Part shown: positions 1 to 12,597 of the stretch, in pieces
Layout of the letters: every line of letters starts with the position of its first letter
How positions within the stretch are numbered: the first letter of the stretch is position 1
Source of the DNA: Octopus sinensis
Lineage: Eukaryota
DNA: 64,000 bases
NCBI RefSeq assembly: GCF_006345805.1
Contig: NC_043016.1
Coordinates: forward strand, 30,566,001 to 30,630,000
Direction of reading: 5' to 3'
Notes under the pieces: generated by a model
Told to the model about the DNA's origin: nothing
The model's input: only the letters and a program-made list of their open reading frames with translations
The model's database searches: none
Program-made: the position numbers and the translations under genes

Positions 1-229
1 TGTTACAAAGATGAAATATCACATGGTGAGGCAATTTATGTGGTGGTGGTGGTGGTGGTGGTGGTGATGATGATGAATGGTATATCCAGTTATTGGGGTG
101 CCACTCAAGAATTGAGCTGTTGTCGTTGTTGTTGTTGTCCCTTGTCCTCCATCACACACAAAAGAGCCAAGGTGCTATGTTATTGAGACTAACATTTTTT
201 TTGTTGTTTCTTCTTTTGTCTTCTTTCAG

Positions 230-310
230 TTGTGTTCCGTAAAATGGTTTTGGACAGGGACTCGAGGGTGGATACACGTTCCTATTGGGGAAATATTCAG
301 TGGTTTCATG
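230..310 (+). CDS. Probable internal exon (81 nt, phase 1-1) of an unidentified plus-strand gene: xVFRKMVLDRDSRVDTRSYWGNIQWFH
   Basis: Polypyrimidine tract plus TTTCAG acceptor (ends 229), GT donor at 311, open frame, and phase matches the exon at 4518. Product not recognised. Confidence 0.6.
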
Positions 311-519
311 GTATTTGTCCCTTGACAAACCTGTTTGTCTTGTCCTTTATGTAACTATCTCATTTTCATTATAAATGGTGAAAGGTACCATACTGCTGCT
401 TTCATTGCTGAACGCATGTTTCTTTCATCATTTCACTTGGGTATCCTACAGTAAAGTTCTTTTGCCTAATGTAAATCAGTCTTTTTGTCACTTCTAATGA
501 TGATGACGACGACGATGAT

Positions 520-953
520 GAATGTATCTGTCAAGATCTGCCAAAAACTGAGCAAGCATAAAGATCTTGAAATAGAAATTGGCAAAATGTGGAACCTGAA
601 GACTAAAACAGTACCTGTTGTCATAGGTGCCCTAGGAATGATAGCAAAAGGGGCTGATTGCTACCTAGTTAAGATACCAGGAAAACCCAAAATGGCAGAA
701 ATTCAAAAGATAGTGTTCATGGGAACTGCCCATATCCCATGTAAAATGCTGTCTATGTAATCTCAAATTTTAAAACAAACTTATTATTTTCTTATGTTTT
801 CTTAAACATTCTCTAGAACAATACTATATGCAAAACTAAATATATGACACCCTAGGTATAACACCAACTTGAACTTCTAACTTGTTGACTCTTGAGGTCT
901 CTGGGTGAGACTTGGAGCCAACTTGTACAAAGGCAAAGCAAAAGTCAAAACAT
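520..953 (+). mobile_element. 3' fragment of an R4/Dong-like RLE non-LTR retrotransposon (ORF C-terminus and 3' UTR)
   Basis: Encodes KLSKHKDLEIEIGKMWNLKTKTVPVVIGALGM...MLSM*, paralogous to 3150-3617 including the 3' UTR end (gaggtctctgggtgagacttggagccaacttgtacaa); followed by (AAT)n. Confidence 0.9.
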
Positions 954-978
954 AATAATAATAATAATAATAATAATG

Positions 979-1030
<52 letters not shown>

Positions 1031-1050
1031 TGATGATGATGATGATGATG

Positions 1051-1087
<37 letters not shown>

Positions 1088-1096
1088 CAACAACAA
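953..1096. repeat. (AAT)n/(GAT)n/(AAC)n microsatellite
   Basis: Read directly from the sequence. Confidence 0.98.
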
Positions 1097-1651
1097 CTGC
1101 CCTGATGCAGTACCAGGCAGTGGCTCTCATGGCTTCTGATCTTAACTGATTGGAAGTGTTATCATGTACATTGTTTTGTCTTGGTATAAAAGATGGGCTA
1201 CAGCAAATATTCTGCTCAATACCACAGATTTGCTTGTCAGTTGTTTGACCTTAACCAGTTGAGCATGTCCCTTAGTGGCTGACGATATGTGCATCTCTGA
1301 TCACGAGCAGAAGTAGTAGGGGAGCATCATAGCCATGTGTTGAGAGGGATTCTTTGGGGTTTGAATAATTCACCTCTGGAAACATGGGTGGTTCTTTCAA
1401 CATCCTTAAACAACCCTTATTCAGGGACCTTTTGAGTGGGATGGGCTACTCAACCTGAAGAAAATTCTAACTGGGCCCCACCTGCAAGGTCATGTGCTGT
1501 TTATCTTGATATGAGATCACCATGTCGCGCACATATGGTTGTGATGCATGTGCCTGGTGTACCTTTATCAGACGGGTAGTCATGATGGGTATATTGGGCT
1601 TCGTATATTTTACCCCAGTGTCACTTTGATGGCATGCACTGCTCTCTCATC
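1093..1651 (+). mobile_element. Probable 3' UTR of a second (TAA)n-associated non-LTR family
   Basis: Unique-looking block bounded by (AAT)n on both sides; begins CAA CTG CCC TGA (QLP*), which resembles the ORF end of R4/Dong-type elements. Inference. Confidence 0.45.
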
Positions 1652-1707
<56 letters not shown>

Positions 1708-1709
1708 TG

Positions 1710-1799
<90 letters not shown>

Positions 1800-1802
<3 letters not shown>

Positions 1803-3617
1803 TGTTTGATAAAAATATAAATCATCTCGTTTACATGGATGATTTAAAGCTTTTTGCAAAAAATGATCAACAACTCAAGGGCTTACTAGCGATAGTCAAA
1901 CAATTCAGTGACGACATCAGAATGCAATTCGGCCTCGATAAATGTGCAAAAGCTACCTTTATCAAAGGAAAAATGACAGAAACATCTAACGTTAACCTTG
2001 ACCAACAGAATGTCATAAAAGAACTAGACCCAGCGGAGAGCTACAAGTACCTAGGGGTAATTGAAGGGAACGGAATAAGGCATTCAGAGATGAAGGAAAG
2101 GATCAGGAGAGAATGCTATCGAAGAGTGAGAGCAATACTCAAGACAGAGCTGAATGCAAGAAACAGGATTGAAGCAATCAATGCATTAGCTATACCAGTC
2201 ATGACATACAGTTTCAATATTGTTAACTGGTCAATTACTGAAATATGTCAGCTCGACAGAAAAATAAGGAAACTGTTGACAATGCATAGAATGCACCACC
2301 CTAAGGCAGATACAGAACGACTCTATCTGCCAAGAAAAGAGGGAGGCCGTGGTCTTTTGCAACTGGCAATAACAATGAAGATTGCTACAATTGGCCTAGA
2401 CACCTACCTGAAAAACTCTGAGGACTGGATGTTAAAACTTGTCTCAAAACATGAAAACAAGAAAGCATCATACTCAGTCACAAAACAGGCAAAGGAATAT
2501 CTAAGTGAATTCCGAATACAACCAATTTCGGAATTAGAGATAGATATACAAGAAACAAGCACAGAAAAAGCTAGGCGCATGAAAACCCGTGCCAAAACTG
2601 CGGCCTTAGATATTCTGAATAATAAATGGCAAGAAAAACCTCTCTATGGCAAATACCCAAAGAGAGCGAATAATGCAGATATCGACAAAGCCCTGACCCA
2701 TCAATGGCTAATGGCCTCTGGCTTAAAATCTGAAACAGAGGGGTTTATCATAGCAGCTCAAGATCAATGCCTACCAACAAGAAACTACCAGGCCAACATA
2801 TTAAAGATCAGAAGCAGTCCAACGTGTCGTGTATGCAAGCAACAAAATGAAACCATTGACCATGTGGTCTCCAAGTGCAGTCTTCTAGCGCCTACAGAGT
2901 ATCTCAACAGGCACGAGAGAGCTGCACAATATATTCACTGGGTAATCTGTAAAAACCTGGATTTGCCCCATGAAAAAAACTGGTGGGAACACAAACCACC
3001 CCCAGTGCTTGAAAATGACCACATCTCACTCCTCTGGAACTTCACCATTCAAACTGACAGGAAGATAGATGCAAATAGGCCAGACATCATATTGAAAGAC
3101 TTCAAACAAAGAACGTGCCTCCTCATTGATATGACTGTCCCAATCGATATAAACGTATCTGTCAAGACCTACCAAAAACTGAGCAAATATAAAGATCTTG
3201 AAATAGAAATCAGCAAAATGTGGAAGCTGAAGACTAAAACAATACCTGTTGTCATAGGTGCCCTGGGAATGATAGCAAAAGGGGCTGATAGCTACCTAAA
3301 TCAGATACCAGGAAACCCCAAAATGGCAGAAGTTCAAAAGATAGTGCTCATGGGAACTGCTCATATCCTACGCAAAATACTCTCTATGTAATCTCAAGGT
3401 TTAAAACAAACATAATTTTCGGTTTAAAAAAAAAAAAAAAAAAAAAAAAAACTTTTTTTTTTTTTTAGACATTCATTAGTACAACATCCCCACCCCCCAA
3501 ATATATGGCACACTAGGCATAACAACAACATGAACTTCCAACCCTGTTGTCTCTTGAGGTCTCTGGGTGAGACTTGGAGCCAACTTGTACAAATATAAAG
3601 CAAAAGTCAAACATAGA
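1800..3617 (+). mobile_element. 5'-truncated R4/Dong-clade non-LTR retrotransposon (RT plus restriction-like endonuclease) in a (TAA)n tract
   Basis: Motifs HLVYMDDLKLF (RT), YKYLG, CRVC...H...C zinc knuckle, RHE, RPDII...LIDMTVP...K..KYKDL (PD..D-x-K endonuclease) and IPVVIGALG; (AAT)n on both sides. Confidence 0.95.
1802..3391 (+). CDS. RT C-terminal half, zinc knuckle and RLE of the Dong-like element (~530 codons, no stops)
   Basis: ORF track 1634..3391; the first ~56 residues (poly-Asn) are the upstream microsatellite and not part of the element. Confidence 0.9.
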
Positions 3618-3629
3618 ATAATAATAATA

Positions 3630-4250
3630 AAATTTTGGAGTAGGGGACTAGTCAATTACAGTGACTCCAGTGTTTCACTGGTACTTAATTTATTGACCCT
3701 GAAAAGATGAAAGGTAGAGTCAACCTCAGTGGAATTTGAACTCAGAACATAGCGATGGGTGAAATACCACTAAGTATTTCATCCAGCATGCTAATAATTC
3801 TGACAGCTCACTGCCTTAATAATAATTATTATTATTTCAAATTTTGGCAGAAGGTCAGCAGTATTGGTGGTGGTGGTGGTGGTGGTGGTGGGGGGGTTTG
3901 TCGATTTAAATTAACCTACCCAAAACGATGAAAGGCAAGGGTCAACTCTGGCAGAACACAATGATGGACGAAATGCCATTAAACATTTTGCCCAGAATGC
4001 TAACAGTTCTGCCAACTTACCACCTTAATAATAATAATCCTTTCTACTACAGGCACAGGGCCTGAAATTTTTAGGGAGGGGACAAGTCAATTACATCGAC
4101 CCCAGTGTTCCACCGGTACTTAATTTATCAATCCTGAAAGGATGAAAAAAGCAAAGTTGATCTTGGTGGAATTTGAACTCAGAATGTAAAGAATGTAAAT
4201 GCTAATAAGCATTTTGCCCAGTGTGCTAACAATTCTTCCAGCTCGCTGCT
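3630..4250 (-). mobile_element. Three tandem copies of a tRNA-headed SINE (family D, ggcggtgagctggcagaa...) separated by (AAT)n
   Basis: Copies at ~3630-3816, 3836-4026 and 4038-4250 match the cleaner copies at 32816 and 52688; B-box-like gagttcaaattcc. Confidence 0.8.
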
Positions 4251-4290
<40 letters not shown>

Positions 4291-4299
4291 TAATAATAA

Positions 4300-4333
<34 letters not shown>

Positions 4334-4517
4334 TAATAATGATAATAATCATGATAATAATTGTTTCTGGTACTAAACCAGCATTTTAGTGGGAAAGGAC
4401 AGTTGTTGACATCAACCCTGGTACTTGACTAGTACTTTATTTTATCAACCTCTGTGGACACAAAATATTTCTTTTTCTCTTTCCCTTGCTGTTCTTGCTC
4501 CTGTTTTGTTGTTTCAG

Positions 4518-4582
4518 TTATAAAAGAACACGAAAGAGTTCTTGAAATCCTGCCACCTTTTGTCACAGATCTCCAAACATAA
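4518..4582 (+). CDS. Probable terminal coding exon of the same gene: (V)IKEHERVLEILPPFVTDLQT*
   Basis: Long pyrimidine tract and GTTTCAG acceptor (ends 4517); phase-1 junction continues the frame of 230-310 to TAA at 4580-4582; AATAAA at 4733-4738. Confidence 0.55.
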
Positions 4583-4868
4583 ACATTTTATATTCTCTAC
4601 TTTGTTTATATGTGGCAATTTGAAGTAATTCTAAGGTGAAAATGAGTGAATTGAATTTTAAAAAATTGACATTGAAAACTGAAATTGAAAAAAATAGTTG
4701 AAAAATTAAAAGTGAATTCAAATTGAAAAATCAATAAAAGAAGGAAATAGTAATTTCCACCATATTATCACTATTCATCTGCTTTCATTTTGGAGTAATT
4801 TATGCATTTAAGATAATATAACAATTGAAATTAATTCTGTAGCATTCAGATTACTCTGTCAAATGTAA

Positions 4869-5218
4869 AAGGGTAAAGGGTAAAGACCCCCTTCAGTCAT
4901 GGATGACCATAGGATTGCACCTAGAAAGTTCCCCTCCAAGGCACAAGTCTGAGCAAGGTTATTTATGGAAGACCAGCAGTCACCCATGCATACCAACTTC
5001 TTCTCTCCATGCCACCAATGTTATCCAATGGAAATGCAAATGCTGATACAGTTTGGCACCAGTGATATCACAATGCATTTCTGCAGCTAAGTGAACTGGA
5101 GCAATGTGAAATAAAGTATCTTGCCCAAGAATGTAACAAGAATTGTCCAAGAATTGAACTTACTACCTCATGATAGTGAGCCCCACACTCTGACCACTGA
5201 GCCATGTATCCCCACACA
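4869..5218 (-). mobile_element. tRNA/CORE-type SINE (family C) with 13-bp TSD, inserted into a TTAA-type MITE
   Basis: TSD ctgtcaaatgtaa at 4856-4868 and 5219-5231; related copies at 30625-30885 and 52965-53095. Confidence 0.8.
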
Positions 5219-5368
5219 CTGTCAAATGTAATGTTTAAGTATTCACATTGTTTTTTTAATTAATCCTACATTATTTCATAGGTTTAAGGTTTTGATGATG
5301 CGATTGTTTGTTTTTAGAATGATATTGTAGGGTAAGCGTGAGAGGCCAGTTCTGGTCAGTTTGAACAG

Positions 5369-5670
5369 TTGGAAAAGTTCTTAACCAGATCAAGCCAAAA
5401 CTGTCACTAGAAGCTAGGATCCCCAAGCATAGATTGGCATATTTTGGTCATATTATGCAGAGAAAATCCTTGGAGAAGGACATCATGCTCAGAATGGTCA
5501 GTGGCAAGAGAGGAAGAGGCCGACCAAGAACCTGCTGGCTTGACACCATCAAGAGTGACACGGGAATGGCCATAGCCAATCTGAAAGAAGCGACCCAGGA
5601 TAGAACTGGCTGGAGAACACTAATCCATCGAGTAACCAAGAGTTGACTTTGACTTAGTGGATAGAGAGAG
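5369..5670 (+). mobile_element. RTE-clade LINE 3' fragment
   Basis: RLAYFGHIMQRKSLEKDIMLRMVSGKRGRGRPRTCWLDTIK is the typical RTE/BovB ORF C-terminus. Confidence 0.88.
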
Positions 5671-6474
5671 AGATTGTTTAGTTGTAGAATGACATTGTAG
5701 GGTAGGTGTGAGAGGCCACATCTTGCTAGTTTGAACACAAAACAGGTAAAAGATTTGGGACCAGATATGGCTGGTTTAAATGCTAAACAGTTAATGCTGA
5801 AGTTGTACATGAAAAGATCAAATCAAGAAAAATATTGTGATATTGTAGAAGAATGAAGGGAAGCAAGGTGGGAAAAGTGACAATAGGACTGGAAGTTAGA
5901 TGAAGTGACTTCACATCAAGAAGCAAGGTGTTCGAAATAACCTCTTTCTTTGCTGGGGCATCAAGCACATCAGATGTGTGGAAGAGATCATTTTAGGGAG
6001 TAGTTCTTTTCTGGCCAGAAGCACATGTTTGAGTATGATTTTGAGTTCTGCTGGCCCTCGCGACTCAAACTTTGGATATACTGTTGCTGATTGCATCTCA
6101 TGGTAAGAGCAACCATATTTTTGTCTTATAACTACAAATATAGAAATTATCTGGAATTAGAAATTGACTGGAATTATTTAAATTATTTTTATAATTACTT
6201 AAGCTACTTTTACAAATCTTCTCTATTTTTTTCTCTTTAGCAAATCTATTTGATTTGGTATTTTTTTACTTTTACATAGAGTTAAATAATGATCTCGTTT
6301 TTATAGTTTCAAAAAATCTTTCAAACTTCCATAAAACTAGACTTTTTTAATGATGTGTTCAAATCTTTATTAAGTCTCAAACCAAGATATTAATTTAAAA
6401 TCTATGTGAGTGGATCATGAGATATTTTTCTGGTCTTTTGATATTATTTTCTATTGATCCATCCTTCACAGAAC

Positions 6475-6863
6475 CCTACTGAGTCAAGTACATCAACATC
6501 AAAATAAAAATCAAATGGAAATTGTAGTTGTGATACCTATGCTGGTGGCACATAAAAAGCACCATCCGAACATGGCCGATACCAGCGCTGCCTTGACTGG
6601 TGTCCGTGTCAGTGGCACATAAAAAGCACCAACCGATCGTGGCCATTGCCAGCCTCCTCTGGACCCTGTGCCAATGACACGTAAAAAGCATCCACTACAC
6701 TCACGGAGTTGTTGGCATTAGGAAGGGCATCCAGCTGTAGAAACACTGCCAGATCAGACTGGAGCCTGGTGCAGCCTCCTGGCTTCCCAGAACCTGGTTG
6801 AACCATTCAACCCATGCTAGCATGGAAAACGGACGTTAAACGATGATGATGATGATGATGATG
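6475..6863 (+). mobile_element. SINE family B (Meta-like ggcattaggaagggcatccagctgtag domain, (GAT)n tail) with internal ~54-60-bp repeats
   Basis: Ends caacccatgctagcatggaaaacggacgttaaacgatgatgat; homologous to 55518-55965, 53428-53700 and 54260-54467. Confidence 0.8.
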
Positions 6864-6974
6864 ACTCCCTCTAATGAAGAGGATTGGTCTACAGTAATCT
6901 TGTGCTGATGCCATGTAAAAAACACTTGAGCCAGCATCACATAAAAGTGCTCATGTTGGTGCCATATTAAAAGC

Positions 6975-8279
6975 ACCCACCACACACGGTAAAGTGATTG
7001 GCATTAGAAAGGGTATCTAGCCAGAGAAACCAGGCCAAATCAGACTGGAACCTAGTGCAGCTCTCCAGCTTGCCAGCTCTAGCACTCAGCACACACTATA
7101 AAGTGGTTGGCACTAGGAAGGGCATCCAGCTGTAGAAACCAAGCCAAATCAGACTGGAACCTGGTGCAGCTCTCCAGCTTGCCACCTCTAGCACTCAGCA
7201 CACACTATAAAGTGGTTGGCACTAGGAAGGGCATCCAGCTGTAGAAACCAAGCCAAATCAGACTGGAACCTAGTGCAGCTCTCCAGCTTGCCACCTCTAG
7301 CACTCAGCACACACTATAAAGTGGTTGGCACTAGGAAGGGTATCTAGCCAGAGAAACCAAGCCAAATCAGACTGGAACCATGTGCAGCTCTCCAGCTTGC
7401 CACCTCTAGCACTCAGTACACACTATAAAGTGGTTGGCACTAGGAAGGGCATCCAGCTGCAGAAACCAAGCCAAATCAGACTGGAACCTAGTGCAGCTCT
7501 CCAGCTTGCCACCTCTAGCACTCAGTACACACTATAAAGTGGTTGGCACTAGGAAGGGCATCCAGCTGCAGAAACCAAGCCAAATCAGACTGGAACCTAG
7601 TGCAGCTCTCCAGCTTGCCACCTCTAGCACTCAGTACACACTATAAAGTGGTTGGCACTAGGAAGGGCATCCAGCTGTAGAAACCAAGCCAAATCAGACT
7701 GGAACTTGGTGCAGCTCTCCAGCTTGCCACCTCTAGCACTCAGCACACACTATAAAGTGGTTGGCACTAGGAAGGGCATCCAGCTGTAGAAACCAAGCCA
7801 AATCAGACTGGAACTTGGTGCAGCTCTCCAGCTTGCCACCTCTAGCACTCAGTACACACTATAAAGTGGTTGGCACTAGGAAGGGCATCCAGCTGTAGAA
7901 ACCAAGCCAAATCAGACTGGAACCTGGTGCAGCTCTCCAGCTTACCACCTCTAGCACTCAGTACACACTATAAAGTGGTTGGCACTAGGAAGGGCATCCA
8001 GCTGTAGAAACCAAGCCAAATCAGACTGGAACCTTGTGCAGCTCTCAACCTTGCCACCTCTAGCACTCAGCACACACTATAAAGTGGTTGGCACTAGGAA
8101 GGGCATCCAGCTGTAGAAACCAAACCAAATCAGATTGGAACCTGGTGCAGCTCTCAACCTTGCCAGCTCTAGCACTCAGTACACACTATAAAGTGGTTGG
8201 CACTAGGAAGGGCATCCAGCTGTAGAAACCAAGCCAAATCAGACTGGAACCTGGTGCAGCTCTCCAGCTTGCCAGCTCT
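6975..8279 (+). repeat. Tandem array of a 109-bp unit (~12 copies) inside a family-B SINE (whole element ~6865-8347)
   Basis: gcactcag junction recurs every 109 bp from 7082 to 8172; SINE tail and (GAT)n follow at 8280-8347. Confidence 0.97.
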
Positions 8280-9758
8280 GGTCATACCATCCAACCGATG
8301 TCATTGTGGAAAATGGACGTTAAAGGATGAAATGATGATGATGATGAGTATTTCAAATTGTTAAGCAGAAGTAGTCTTTTGCCTTTCTGATGGTATATCA
8401 TTGCAGTTTGATGTTATAATCATGGAACATAAATACCTATAAATAAATGAAGAAAATAAAGAAAAATAATTCAAAAGTGGTTTAATGTGCAACTCAACAA
8501 TTTTTTTTTTGTTTGTACTTGAATTACTTTGTAGCTCATCTTCATATTTTTTTTCTTTATTGTAATAAACAGGTCACACCAAATATATTTTACATATGTG
8601 ATTTGTACTAATTTAAATGTTAGTAACAGAAAATATATTTTAGTACTTTCACAACATGTAAAAACAATCAGCTAATACTTGTATTAAATTACTTTTTCCT
8701 AATTTGAATAACAGTGATCACCAAATATATCTGAGGTGTTTAGAATCATATTGATTTGTAAACAGTGATCTGGTAATTGATTAACAAAAAAGTTGCTGCT
8801 GTAAATAAGACAAAAATGAACACTTATGTATTTTTGCAACATAAATAATAATATTGAAATAAAATAATTACAACAATATAAATATAATTTCATTTAAAAA
8901 CACCACCATTCAACATAGAATTAATTCCTTTTTGTCAGATCATTTAATCAATGTACATTTTCATATTTTTACTTTGTAAAACTCAAAATAAAACTAAAAT
9001 TGTGAATTTACTAAGGGATTGATATTTTATGACAAATAATATATTTTGTAATATACATTATGTGCATGTGAATGAGTTTGTATGTGTAGTGTATTTGTGA
9101 TTGTGTTGTATTTGTGATTGTGTTTGTATATGTGTGGGTATGTGAGATTTAAAATTAAAAGATAAAGAAAACCATAGGAGAATAATAAAACATAGTTAAT
9201 CACAGGTATGTATCAAAGGAACAGTTTCCTCAAAATAAATAAATAAAAATCAATTCAGGTAAAAATAATACTCCTCTAAGAACAGATTTTTATGCAACAT
9301 TAAAATCTAAAATGGTATAATTTTTCTTTGAAATATAAACATAATATGCTTACATTGTCATTACATATATATATATATATATTAAACAATCCTTAGAATA
9401 GTGTATTTCTATTTTTAAAATGAAAATAGATCATGTTAAAAAAAATAGAAGCATTTCTTTTGTTTCATAAGAAACAGCTTGTATAGAGAGCAAAGTAACA
9501 TACCCAGAGGAAAAACCATTTTTGTAAAATATTATGAAAATTCTAATATCAAATATGAATAATTACCTGAATTTATTCAAGTATTGTAAAGTTTAGCAAT
9601 AATGATATATATATATATATATTATATATATATATAAAATGGATCTACAAATGCAATATCCCTACATATCTCACATCTATTTTCTTTTATTTTCTCCACC
9701 TCACTCTCTGTTTTATATCTTATCTAAATTAACTATTTCTTAACCATCCTTTCACACC

Positions 9759-9806
9759 GTCTCTGATGAAGGGATATAATAAATATCCTGGAAACAGCTG
9801 TAAGAC
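9759..9806 (+). ncRNA. Minimal type I hammerhead ribozyme motif in a Penelope-like remnant (9637-9868)
   Basis: GUCU-CUGAUGA-AG-GGAUAU(aauaa)AUAUCC-UG-GAAAC-AGCU-GUA-AGAC: core boxes, stems I and II, palindromic ACAGCUGU stem III. Confidence 0.7.
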
Positions 9807-9863
9807 CTATCTATAAATGTTCTATAATCTACACACCCTTGGTTTTTTATCTCATTACAAAAT

Positions 9864-9914
<51 letters not shown>

Positions 9915-10695
9915 TGTATGTATGTATACATCATATATACATATATGTCAGCATACATACATATATACATGCATACATATAAACATATGTATTTTGAAGA
10001 GATAACTGTAAGTATAGTAATTGCATTTATTATTGAAGTTTCCTAAAACTTGACAATTTTCTTAATTTTTGATAGATGCAAGAAAAATTGGAGATTCTAA
10101 AACCATGATTTATCCAATATTTTGAATAATAAATTACCAGGACTTTAATTCTGAAATTCAATTTAGCCATATTTTGAATTTGTTGCAATTAGTATCAAGG
10201 ATTTACTGGAAAATCAATTAAAAATTATTACTTCTTAAACAAGGAACATTAAAAACTAGCTACATGTTAGAAAAAGTCTTCATATCGCAGTGACTTTAAT
10301 TTTTACATTAGATGTATAGTGGACATCAGAGCATGTCTGTAGCCATAGTTTCAAGATTTGCCAAGTTCAAGAAAGAGATAGTGATTCAAGAAGTTTTAGC
10401 AACCTTTTGTATATCTCTCTTACATTTTGGATATAGCATTGTCTATTGAATTTAGCACTGAGGTTAAACATTTGAATATGTTTCTCTAAGTTTCCAAAGA
10501 ACCTTTAACTCAACTCTAAATATAGATACACACACACACGCATATATGTATATATATATATAATATATATATCACTGTGATCACTGTGACTGACCAGGCT
10601 ATCAGATGCTGCTACACATCGCTGGTCACAATGCGCTTCGCATTATTTTAGCCTTCAAATGACACCACCCCGCTGGCTAAGTGAGCAGGCCAATA

Positions 10696-10742
<47 letters not shown>

Positions 10743-11759
10743 AATGCATGTAAATATACATACACATACACACACACACAGAGAGGAATGCATGCAAATA
10801 TACAAACATACATGTGTATGTATGCATATATATATACGTATGTGTGTGTGTATCTGAGTGGCATGATGTGATGGTAACCAATTTCTGTTTTCTTGATGGT
10901 TGAAACTCAATATGGTTTTGATTCCTTTGTCTTTAGTGCCAAAATTTTGACATTACCATCACAATGTAGAGATGAAGTTGCTTCACCAGCTTAACACAAA
11001 GTCAGCTGCTTTGATCAAGAATGATTATGTGATCATGAGTGCAACACCCTAATCACTAGGTCACAATAACTTCACATAAAGGAGAGTTAAGCTTATTTAA
11101 ACTTAACTCGCAGTCTAAGAGGAACTAAATCTCTTGCTTTGCTGAAAAGTAGGTTCTTATAATCTTGTGACATGTTTCTATATCAGCGGCAATGATTTGT
11201 ATCTGCTATGCTTTATGGGGATCCCTTGTGAATTACGGACTTGGATAGCATCATGATTTGCATCACTTTATACAGTATATTGCCGCCATGTCATTTCTTA
11301 GATTACCGAACAAAAATTTCACAGGGACAGCAACACTGCCACATATAATCACGGAATCATTAAAATGGTGTTGACCTGAAGGTCAGCAACTCCTGACCAA
11401 CACACACACACACACACACATACATGCACATTATTTAGCAGCAAAGTTTCTTTACCACTTGCAAAATTTGAAATGCACAATTATTTTTTTTTAATGTAAC
11501 CTTGAAGACATGTAATATACTCAAAAGACGTGCTAATATGGCATTAGAAAACCATATTTTGCATCAAGTGATTTAATAGGATCTTCTTTTTAATTCTATA
11601 CAACCATGTCAACACATTATGGGTCTCAAAGGTAACAAGTCTTCTTTTTTTTTAATTTGTAACATAAAAATATATAGCAATTAGTTTGAAATAATTTGTA
11701 TGTATCTGTATGTACATTGGGTATGAATACATGACACACATTAATATTATATACACAAA

Positions 11760-11810
11760 TATATATGTAAATGTATATATATATATATTATATATATAAT
11801 ATTATAATAT

Positions 11811-11843
<33 letters not shown>

Positions 11844-11970
11844 TTATGCATGTATGTATGTATGTATGTATAATATATAATATAATATATAATATATATA
11901 TATATATATAATTTATATATATAATATATATCTATATATATATATATATATAATTATATTATATATATAG

Positions 11971-12014
<44 letters not shown>

Positions 12015-12110
12015 ATATATAATATTTATATATATATATTTATATATAGATATATATATATATATATATAATATATATTATATATATATTTATATATATA
12101 TATATTAATC

Positions 12111-12144
<34 letters not shown>

Positions 12145-12155
12145 GTATATGTATA
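11760..12155. repeat. Long degenerate (TA)n tract
   Basis: Read directly from the sequence. Confidence 0.95.
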
Positions 12156-12522
12156 TAAATTAGAGAAGAACTACCTTTTATCAATTCAACAATGAAATAA
12201 CAATGATATAATTAAATTATACCATATAGAAAAAAATTAAATATACGATAAAACATATACCAATAATTAAGTAAAGTACAAAATAATAATAAAAAGTATA
12301 TAACAGTATATATACTGTTATCAGTTTGAAAATATAGCCACGACACACGTGTAGTCTTTTTACCAATTATATACTTTTTATTATTATTTTGTACTTTACT
12401 TAATTATTGGTATATGTTTTTTCGTATATTTAATTTTTTCTATATGGTAATTTAATTATATCATTGTTGTTTCATTGTTGATTGATAAAAGGTAGTTCTT
12501 CTCTAATTTATATACATATATT
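12147..12522. repeat. Long inverted repeat (arms ~12147-12303 and ~12368-12522) between (TA)n tracts
   Basis: aaattagagaagaactaccttttatcaa...aaaaagtatataa is mirrored by ttatatacttttt...ttgataaaaggtagttcttctctaattt. Confidence 0.92.
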
Positions 12523-12597
12523 ATATATTGAAAATTTGATTTAGTATTACTAATTGAATTTTTCCCTGTAAGTTTGGAATAATATTCCCCAATATTA

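Noticed and set aside
230-310. Alternative phase-0 reading LCSVKWFWTGTRGW...
   Set aside because: It would hit a stop two codons into the 4518 exon, so the phase-1 frame is preferred; not excluded if another downstream exon is used.
836-1859. Poly-Ile/Asn/Leu/Tyr ORFs
   Set aside because: Translations of (AAT)n microsatellites.
6975-8279. CRISPR-like appearance of the 109-bp arrays (also 56890-59382)
   Set aside because: Units are contiguous with no unique spacers, no cas genes are present, and the context is eukaryotic SINE sequence.
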